A stretch of DNA of 64,000 bases from positions 155,868,001 to 155,932,000 of the forward strand of contig OZ024741.1 of NCBI GenBank assembly GCA_964016885.1. The letters are read 5' to 3'. The notes beneath the pieces are model-generated. The model ran no database searches. It was not told the origin of the DNA and saw nothing but the letters and a program-made list of their open reading frames with translations. A program made the translations under genes and the position numbers. Positions 52,740 to 64,000 of this stretch are shown here, piece by piece (positions within the stretch are counted from its first letter, which is position 1; every line of letters begins with the position of its first letter). Source of the DNA: Eledone cirrhosa (taxonomy: Eukaryota).

Positions 52740-53209
52740 CTAGCATTAAAGCCCGGCGTTGCTCGGGGTCAGTAAGTTACCAAATTAGGTTGCACCACCC
52801 ATTTTATGGCAGCACTTTTTTGTCTGCCAGGCACTGGGTGAATTAATTGCAGACGATGCCAGCCGAACAACAGAGTTGCGATGGAGTTGTTCTGCATGGT
52901 TGTCTAATGTGTGTTTTCTAAATTTAAGACAGTAGTAAGGGGTGTGATATGGGGGAGAGTTAGCTGCTGTTTCTAGCATGTTTAGTGACCACATAGAGGA
53001 TATTTTTGTGTATAATAAATGAACTGATACTTCTTTCTTCCACGTTCGTTGATAGATGTTTTAAAAAAAGATTTATCGCTATTTTTTTTGTTGTTGAATA
53101 AATTTATCTGTTGCTTTTGAATAATTGTTGTTTCGTATGAAATGTAATAAGTTCTCTTTGTCATTGAAGTAAATAAAGATTTGACTGTTCCACACTCAAA
53201 AACAAACGT

Positions 53210-53306
<97 letters not shown>

Positions 53307-53554
53307 GTTTAGGGAGAGTAGGAGAGAGTAAATCTGATTGCATTAGAGAAGTAAAGCGTCGTGTATTTAGTTTTATTGATTATCTCCGTAATTGTGGGTT
53401 AGTGTGAATGAAATAAATAGTCGTTGACCTAAGTTAGATCGTTTACAACATTCTTACAGATATTGAGTCGAATCGGTTCGAAATTATGCAAATGTATAAA
53501 CATGGAACATGGACACGCACACAACAACAACAATCTGCCTTTTATAGATAATGA
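52740..53554 (-). mobile_element. Non-autonomous Helitron
   Basis: Minus-strand 3' end CCCGAGCAACGCCGGGC...CTAG|T; 5' TC..ATCTATAAAAG; flanked by TA repeats. Confidence 0.75.
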
Positions 53555-54109
53555 TATATATATATAATATAATATATAAATGAGACGTATAGAGATTGTT
53601 TTAGCAAGAAGCTAACGGCATTCTATAACATATATGCGACTATAACGTCAAGATGGGAAAAGTAGTTAACGAAAGATTTAGGAAAAATAACTCAAACTCA
53701 TCTCAAAAGAGAATCAGGATACAAATTCATCCACAGAATTTAGTAAAATCCATGGAAAAATCTATAGACCTTTAACTCATGATAAAACAAAGTTTGAAAC
53801 ACTTATCCTTCAATTTGGAATAACATCAAATGCTCTGTATAGTCTTAAAAGACTATTTCATGAAAACTTTCAGTGGAGATGGTCACGGTTGGAATATCAT
53901 TCATCAGCAGAGCTCAACAGAAAACCAGGGCTCTCACAGTAATATAGTCCGAAAAAGGGAATTCTAAAACTGGCTAGTTCGCCTTCATGTGTATTTATGA
54001 AAAAGCACATGAGGAAAAAACGGGGCTAGTGACGTCAGGATGGAAGTGAATGTTTATTTACAAGAAATAGCATATAATATAATATATATATATATATATA
54101 TTATATTAT

Positions 54110-54235
<126 letters not shown>

Positions 54236-56234
54236 TAGAGAGAGGGATAAATAGATATAACTATCCCTTTGATTATATATATATAAGCAAAGGGATATTT
54301 AATTTGATGGTTATTCAACAAATAATATAGACTATTCAATATCTTGGGGAACGATTTCGAAAGCACCTGCATACCGAAATATCGCTTTCTCAAGAATCTA
54401 TCATTTGTGTATCAAGGACATTTTTTATATAATTAACTGTCAAAATTCTATTAATTTAAATTGCGAAATATTTAGTTCTTGTAGACACCGCCAAAAATCC
54501 ACTTTCCGAAGTATTTTTAATTTATAATATTCATTACATTTGACTACATCTTATACACGTTTAAAATGATCCTGTTATTTACTGAGTTTTTTTTTAATTT
54601 ATTTAAAATATCTTAAATGATCTTTCTTCTTAAATTTAATATTTTTACCAATTGATATTCTTTTCCTAGTGATACTCTTAATCTATTTTTTAGATTTATA
54701 TATACTTCTTTAGATTGATACTTTTAAATTGATACTCTAAATGATATCCTCTTTGCGATATTTCTTCTAAATGCACTCTCGCCTTATCTAATAATACATT
54801 TTTCCTCTCTTTAATCTTCAAACTTTTCATACATCTTTCGACGTAGATAATATATAATTGAAATCCTCATCCTTGAAATCATGTAATATAAAATCTCACA
54901 GAAAATAATATATAATTTTCTCTACATACTTTCCGCATTTTCTAAGAAAATTATTCAGCAATTTTAAAAGTTTGACAAATAATATTGGAGTTATCTTTTC
55001 CTTTACAATTGAGTAAACATAGCGATAATAACTTTTATGATAAATTATGTAATTTCATGTTCTGAGAATATATTCAATGTTTGGAGGAAAATATTTGAAT
55101 CTACAAATTGTTCTCTTATAATTTGAACTACGTCTTTTTCTTAAATATATCTGTAAAATGTAAAATCGATAACCTTCGTAACTCATATTAGAAATATAAA
55201 CAAATAAATACGTGTTTTATATCTATATAATCACCAATAATACTTATATTTATACACTTATTAATCTATATAGATATTTATATACTTACAACCTGTTGCA
55301 ATATAATAAGATAAAATGTACTTACAACCACAATCCTTCATATAATCTAATTGATTATATATATAATATTATAACTCATAATTTAGCTAAATATTTTTTA
55401 AATTCTGGAAACATATTCCACCACTCCAACAAACTGTTAATTCTCAACGATTCAATCTTTTTAAATTCGCGTAAATACAAGCTTTTCTTTCTTTCTCTTT
55501 CTTCTTCCTATACATGCATATATATCCTAATAATTATTTAAATCTACCTAGCATCTAAAAATAACGCTTTTTTCAGCCCTATGCCTCAACCTCATTTGCA
55601 TATTCATCTTAATAATTTGAAATATTTGTTGTTTCCTCTCTTCCCCTTTTTCCTTTTACTATCCAGGTAAAACTTGAATTGTTAAAGTCTCATTCCTGGA
55701 TATGTCAATATTTATGAAACAGACTTTGTATTTTATCTGATGAGTAATATATATATATATACAAAATTAAATTAAGGGTTATTATGTCTGAGAGACATGA
55801 GCCATATCCACTCTAGAATAAGCTCAAAGATTCCAATGAATAGATCCGAGCATTTCATATCAACTAGAAATAGACTCGGCTGTTATTTCTAGCTGTCGAT
55901 AATCCTATTCACGTTTTCATTGCCTTTGAAAACAGCTGGTGATATGCATGTAAGTAAATATTCTCTTTCTCTGATATTTTGTAACTAACCTTACATAGAT
56001 CAATAACGAAGTATAGCTACAATGTATTATCATCATCTAGAAACGATCGTAAAGCAGTGAAGTATATCTCTAATGACTTGATTTTTTATTTCATAGTTTT
56101 AATTTATATCGTGACTCTGTTTCCCTTTTAATGTTTTATTGTTTTCCGGGATTTATTTTAACCTACAACATTTTCAACATATGGATTACATTGAGTTCTT
56201 CATGCAGAATAGAAACCACAACTTACCGTGGATA

Positions 56235-56280
<46 letters not shown>

Positions 56281-56283
<3 letters not shown>

Positions 56284-57812
56284 AGGGAGTATAACGCGGA
56301 GTTACAGTAGGTTCACCCGGGTGAACATTCGATGTTTACGTTCACGTCAGTATCAAAGTGTAGAGCTAGGCAGAGTATAATAAAATGATGGTTTCTACTT
56401 GTGGCACAATACCGGCAATTACCCAGTGCATTACTGGAACTTTTTTTATCGAACCCCGTAAGGATGAAAGGCAAAGTTATCTTCGGCGGGATTTGAACTC
56501 AGACCATAAAGGGACGTAATTATACTGGAATGCAGAGCGTTTGACGCACTACCGATACTGCCAATCAACATGCAACGCCGATGAGCGGGCACCTGTACAT
56601 GTGTCGTGTACGCGCACGCCTGTGTACACGCATGTATATATGCAGGTTTATGTACGGATGTGTATGTAGGCGTGTGTAAGAGTGTAATAAAATAATACAA
56701 GGACGAATGGTTAATCCTTCATTACATTTATTGATTGGTGATGCACGTTTCGCTACAAGGTTCGATCAGTGTGCACGCCGACGGGATAAAAGTGCTCAGA
56801 GTCCGGGGACCCATACTATTATAAGACTGTGCAGGGGTGCATTCGAACACATATGAACATAGATACATACACACTCACTTACCCTTACACACGCCTACAA
56901 ACACATCCGTACATAAACGAGACATGGGCAGGTGTACGCACATCGGCGTTGCATGTAGATGATACCATGTGGGGTTAATATGTGGTAGAAAGGATATAAG
57001 AAGTGATGTTGAATAGTGGTGGTGAAATTACTGATACAAAATGTGGTGATGCGAACAGTTGTGGCGAAATGTATGGTGCTAGTGGTTTGTGTGTGCCTCA
57101 ATGATATGTAGTATGTGTTGGTGTGGGTGACGGTGGTGGATTTATTGCGATGTGTTTAGTGGTGGCGGTTATGGTAATGAATGCGACCTAATATTTAGAG
57201 GGTCAAAACTTAACACAGTTACAAATTGAAATTTGACAAGGATAACAGTGGTAATGAAATGAGATATGGTGTGAGAAACTACTGGTAGTAATTCCTCTGT
57301 TGTGTTTAAGTTGTTATGGTTTGTCCGTGGCAACTGCCCGAATATCAAGGCGGAAAAGTATTCTTGCTGGTGTGGCTACAATTTATTGGGATTTCCGATC
57401 TCAAATTTATGACCTGTTTTAATTTGATGTTCTCGGCGGATTCGGCCAGGCACATCTTACAGGCCAAAACATTCCTCATAATTAACCCACCAATCAAAAC
57501 AACATAAACTGACCAACATATGAATGTTATACTTTTTATATGCCATGTATATTCATTCTGTCATTACTATTACAGAGGTCCGACGAGCTTTTGATTCCAG
57601 ACTTGAGCCAGATTAATACAGATCGAACCTTGGGTTGATCAGTAGCGAAACGCGTCTCACCAACAAATAAACGTAATGAAGGAGTAACCACTCGTCCTTG
57701 TTTTATTTTATTATACTACACTCTGTCTTGCTCTACACATCGATACCGACGTGAACCTAAACATCGAGTGCTCACACGGGTGAACCTACAGTAACTCCGA
57801 GTTACACTCCCT

Positions 57813-57815
<3 letters not shown>
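56281..57815. mobile_element. Non-coding element with long imperfect inverted ends bearing hammerhead-like motifs; left arm interrupted by a SINE
   Basis: TCCAGGGAGTATAAC...GGCAGAGT (56281-56378) mirrors 57718-57815; 56690-56768 mirrors 57620-57712; (TA)n on both sides. Confidence 0.75.
56385..56566 (-). mobile_element. SINE family A
   Basis: Shared core and B box. Confidence 0.8.
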
Positions 57816-57850
<35 letters not shown>

Positions 57851-58289
57851 AGAAGCAAAAAATTGCTTATTGTGATCCAGTTTTTGGTTAAGAAAGCCAG
57901 TTTTTCCACAAGTTTGTAAGAATTCCGTTCAATCTTGGAGTATAAAGTATAAATATATATATATATATATATATATAATGTAGGAGGTGAGTTTTATTGT
58001 AGTACAATAAAGCAATGCAGATATCGGATAAGAAGCACTCTACAGTTTTTTTTCTCCCTATCAACGAACTCATTATTAATACATATTAACTCTTTATTCG
58101 CATATATTATCAATTCAACCAATATACAAACTTTAACTTCACATTATTTTTCTCAAATCCTTCTACACACAAACCTTAATAATTTTTCTCTTCGTTAATT
58201 TTGAAATTGCCACAATATATACATTTCTTTTTTTGACGTTAGAATATTCATCCACAATTATTATTTTTTTCTCTCTATCTTCATACATA

Positions 58290-58700
58290 ATTTCCCTTCG
58301 TTAATTTTCAAATTCCTTTAATTTATACATTATCTTCCAACGGTTCCCAACCTCTCTATGTTAAAACAATATATCTTTTTCTCAGTTATAAAAACTATCT
58401 CTTTCTCTCTATCACCCATCTCTCCCTCTCCACCTTCACTCTCATCTCCTCCCCCTTTTTTTCATCCCCCCCCTCCCTAAATAAAATATTTTTTCCTCGC
58501 ACATATCCTCCCTTCGTTAAATTTCAAAATTTTTAATTTATACAGTATCTTCCAACGGTTTTCAACCTCTCTATGTAAAAAATATATCTCCTCTCAGTTA
58601 TAAAAACTATCTCTTTCTCTCTATCACCCATCTCTCCCTCTCATCTCCTTCCCTTTTCATCCTTTCCACCCCCCCCTCTCTAAATAAAATATTTTTTCCC
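58290..58700. repeat. Tandem duplication of a ~215 bp pyrimidine-rich unit
   Basis: CCCTTCGTTAA...TATCTTCCAACGGTT...CTCAGTTATAAAAACTATCTC...TAAATAAAATATTTTTT occurs twice. Confidence 0.85.
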
Positions 58701-58794
58701 AATATCACACATCAATCTAAAACCACTTTTCATATGTTGATTTAAAACTGCACTATCCACAAGTGTTTTTTAGCCTTCATATCATGTTCTCCTG

Positions 58795-58861
58795 TTTTAT
58801 CTGATGAAAACACAAATATTATTGCATGATGATGTTTGTTTTTGAAATGCGCATAATAAAA
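58795..58861 (+). ncRNA. Type I minimal hammerhead ribozyme motif (same as 14979-15045)
   Basis: TTTTAT CTGATGA ... GAAA TGCGCA TA ATAAAA, within a ~165 bp match to 14914-15084. Confidence 0.8.
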
Positions 58862-58907
58862 TACATGGAACTCCTTTAACCATCTTTTGATCTTATATTA
58901 TATATAT

Positions 58908-58999
<92 letters not shown>

Positions 59000-59001
<2 letters not shown>

Positions 59002-61095
59002 CGTTTCTGAATTTGTTTAGCAAGATTATTTATCTGAAAACGTGTGTTGGAACCGATATTGTTATGCTTTGGGGGGAGGGTGATGTTGCCAATAAGAAAC
59101 ACACGCACCAGTTGCTTTCACTTCAATTTATTATAAATTAAATTTATAAATGTAAGAATTTATAAATTTCCGGTTGATTGCTTGGTTCCATAACCGGACG
59201 GTTGTTCATATATTGTCAAAGTTCTTTCGTCACATATTATGTGACCTCTTCAGTGATTGGGGATTATTTTCTTTGTTTTGTGCCTCTCCTTTGTTCTGTC
59301 CTACGCCATCTTGTTTTTGTGTGTGTTGTGTGTTTAGTTTGTGCATGTGTTACACTTGGGTGTCTGTGTGTCTTTTTATTTGTTTATTTATTTGTTTATT
59401 TTCATGTTACTGGTTGGTTGTTTGTTCTTTGCGTGTGTTTTCATTTTGTCCTTAATTGTAAGTTGTGATGTTGCTATTCCATTCATGTTTTCTATTTAAT
59501 TTTGGTTGGAGTTCATTTATGTTTATTGCCTCTGAAATTTGTCTAAACATTGCGTCTTTTGTGTGTAGATTCTATTTTTATTTCTATGTTCTCTAATTTG
59601 CCCTTATTTTCGATTTTAGCATGTTGGTGGAGTATTGATGATTCTTTTTTATCTTGAAGTTCTCGCCAGTGTTCATTTAACCGTTCTCCTATACTACGAG
59701 CTCTCTCACCTGTGTACACTATATTCTTATCTTTCCATTGTCCTTCAGTACATATTATGCTATATACTACATTTCTAATTTTACAGTTAATATGGGGGCT
59801 TAGTTTACAGATTATGCATTTCTTACCTATACAGGGAGGTCTTTGAAAAGGGTATGTATTGCTAATAAGTGTTTTTATGGAGGTACCTGGTCTTTCTACA
59901 ATCTTAATATGAAGTTTATGTTTATCAAGGGCCCTTCTAAATCTGTAAGCTAATTCACCTCTATGGGTTGTATTGATGAACATTACACTCTGGTATTTAT
60001 TGCTATCATAGCATGAGTTTATTCTATTAAACTTATTCCTAGTTCTTTCTATTCTATTCCAAAGTTTGCTCCTATACAAGGGGCAGGTCCCATTTGTATC
60101 ATTATTTACCATTTTTTCCCATTTGGTTATGGCTCCTGATTGTATCTCTCTGATTGTAACCAGAGAACTGTATACGGTGGATGAAGTGTTGTATGTGCCT
60201 CTTTATTTCTTTGGGGTTGCACATGCGGGACACGTTTCTCAATACCCGAACCAAATCCGCAATCAGTATGTTGATTTTGGTGTGATCCGAAACAGCGGAG
60301 TTTCGGTGGATCAGACATTTGGAAATCATGGGTTTGGCATAATGGGAATGGAGGATTTGTTTTTTTGTTATTAATGGTTTCTAACCAGAGCTCTGTGTCT
60401 AGTACAGGTAATCGATGTAGTAACTCTAATACTCTGGTGGATGGAGTTAGCTATTTGTTGGATGCTTTACAAGGTGTTTTTCTCTAATTCCTGACTGTTC
60501 TCTAGTGGGGGTGTTTTTACCACGATATTTATATCATCAGTGTAGCGGGAGTAGATTATCAGGGTTAAGAGATTGCTGTCTTCTAATTGTTCTTTAAGTT
60601 TAAGTTTAAGTTTATTGTCCCACCATACCATGAATAGTTTAGCTATGTCACCTGCAATGCTAACACCAATGGCTGCTCCCTCCTCTTGGGCATATGTTTT
60701 TCCATTAACTTTGAACATATGTTCCTTAAGGGTTAATTTTATACTGGCCCCCACCGCATGTGCAATAATTTTTTTTAGTTCATCGTGGTTTTCGGGGGTC
60801 CGTATGGCACTGGTCTACCCGTTGCATCTTTCTGTGTGGGTTTTCTTGGCCATTGAGGTAATGGTAGGTGGTCTGCCTCTTGTGGGTCTTGTAGGGTGCA
60901 GGTTGCTAAGGTCATATGTATCTAGATAAGCATTACTATAGGTAGGTTTAAGTAGGAGTCCCAGCTCACTGGTATCAATTCCACGGAATTCAACATTGCT
61001 CTCACTGATCATTTCTACGCATTTCTCCACAACAAAATCCACGTCAATGGATGGATATAGGGACATACTACCTATTATACAGCTTGTTAGGTCAA
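59000..61095 (-). mobile_element. PLE family B, 5'-truncated and degenerate (RT C-terminal half + GIY-YIG); HHR at 59215-59257
   Basis: ORFs 60815-61111, 60467-60754, 60102-60329 and 59543-60112 are homologous to 43592-45300. Confidence 0.9.
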
Positions 61096-62329
<1,234 letters not shown>

Positions 62330-62337
62330 GTGCGTGC

Positions 62338-62364
<27 letters not shown>

Positions 62365-62368
<4 letters not shown>

Positions 62369-62570
62369 TTAATATACCAATGGCTTCTACAGGACTAGAA
62401 CTATTTCATTCAAAAGAAATCACCAGGGAATTTTTCCCAATGATTTATTTTGAATGAAACAGTTCTAGTCCCATAGAAGTGTTTTCTATATTAAAGATAA
62501 TGTTCACACTCCACGAATGTTTCGAGTACCTTACTAACTGTGGTTAGCCCAATCGAACCGGGACACATTT
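62365..62570. repeat. Fold-back pair of decayed hammerhead pLTR fragments, plus 3' tail
   Basis: Same organisation as 47386-47585. Confidence 0.7.
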
Positions 62571-62582
62571 ATATATATATAA

Positions 62583-62643
<61 letters not shown>

Positions 62644-62864
62644 GATGAGGAAAGCACGATCCAGAGAGGAATGGAATATATATATATATAAACATGGATG
62701 AGAAAAGCACGATCCAGGGATTAATGGACGGCGTGCTGTGACCAGCGGCTCTGAATGGACGCCCGACAGACTGGTCCGTCAAGGTGATCAAGGTGATATA
62801 TATATATATAGGTATGTATGTATGTATTATATATATTTATATATGTATGTAAATCTATATACAC

Positions 62865-62912
<48 letters not shown>

Positions 62913-63076
62913 TCACTGGCTGACAAGATTGCTCTTTTTGCTTCCAACTACTGTCCGCGTCGAGTGCTTCATATACACAGTATTTTAAATAGACAGTGTA
63001 TTGCATATAAATTGTATATAAATTGTATATAAATTGAATTTATAATCATAAACGTCGTGCTAATAACATTATAATA

Positions 63077-63260
63077 TAATTGTTTCTACTTTAGGCACAA
63101 GGCCAGCAATTAACCAGTACATTACTGGTACTTTATTTTATCGACCCCGTAAGGATGAAAGGCAAAGTCAACCTCGGCGGGATTTGAACTCAGATCGTAA
63201 AGGGACGTAACTATGCTGGAAAACATGGTGTCCGACCCTCTACCGATACTGCCAATCCAC
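63077..63260 (-). mobile_element. SINE family A
   Basis: Shared core, B box and AAT tail. Confidence 0.85.
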
Positions 63261-64000
63261 AATGATCTACTTCTATCTCTTGCCCGCTCTGTTTTGTTGC
63301 AATCGTTTCTAATTTTTAGCTTTAGGCCAGAAAGCTTGGTAGTGGGAAGGAAAGTCATCTCCAGTTCTTGACTTGTTCTTGATTTAAATTACCCTAGAAG
63401 GTTTAAAGGTTTAAAGATCTCAGTGGGAATTTTACCCAGAATGTAAACAAACGGTTTAAATACTGCAAAGTTTTCTCTGGTTTTTATCAATAGAAAAGTC
63501 AATGTATAACAGAATTTATAGGAATTAAACGTGAAAAGAAAATACATATAGAAGGAGGATACAAATATTTACTAATACAGGCCCAAGTACAAACATTTGT
63601 GTTAAAGGAGGAATCGATTAAATCGACGACAGTATTTGGCAAGTAATTTATTGTATCGACCCAGAAAGGTTTAAAGGCTGAGTTGATCTCTGCGGGATTT
63701 GAACTCCAGTAACTGTAACTAAATAGCACAAAACCTTATTGCTCGAAGCTCTAACGATTCTGCTCATATACTACTCCTAATTCTGACCTCGGCAGGGTAG
63801 AACTCAGAGGAAAGAAAGCTGGAACGAGAATATAACTAGGCTTTCTAACACAACTCTGTTACTTTGTCGCATTTAGTGAAAGAGAAGTATTAACGCCAGT
63901 GGTGTAAGAAAGAGAGAATGAATGAAATAATGCTGGGAGGATGAGAGATCAAAGATCGTGAAGGTGTGAGAGGAACAGAAAACTAAGATGGTTGAAGTGA

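Overview
AT-rich, microsatellite-saturated animal genomic DNA made almost entirely of transposable-element debris. I found no recognisable host protein-coding exon, and most ORFs in the track are (TA)n/(CA)n artefacts. The SINE families and repeat landscape resemble an octopod cephalopod (inference). Recognisable content: three Penelope-like element (PLE, RT + GIY-YIG) families, including a near-complete two-ORF element with direct terminal repeats (33262-38590) and a near-complete element with an inverted terminal repeat (43111-46560); RTE-type, R4/Dong-type and CRE-type non-LTR retrotransposon relics; two non-autonomous Helitrons; Tigger/pogo-like MITEs; and about ten copies of one tRNA-derived SINE. 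The most striking hidden structure is RNA-level. More than 20 type I hammerhead ribozyme (HHR) motifs from several sequence families occur on both strands (CUGANGA-stem II-GAAA-short or palindromic stem III-UH, closed by stem I, usually followed by AATAAA and a (TA)n tract). Many sit in tail-out fold-back pairs, ranging from 3.6 kb inverted PLEs down to 110-400 bp non-coding palindromes with one ribozyme per strand. There is also a circularly permuted, retrozyme-like ~430 bp HHR unit and a candidate U-UUU-UUA -1 ribosomal frameshift joining ORF1 to the RT-EN ORF of a PLE. All structures were read by eye, and element boundaries are approximate.
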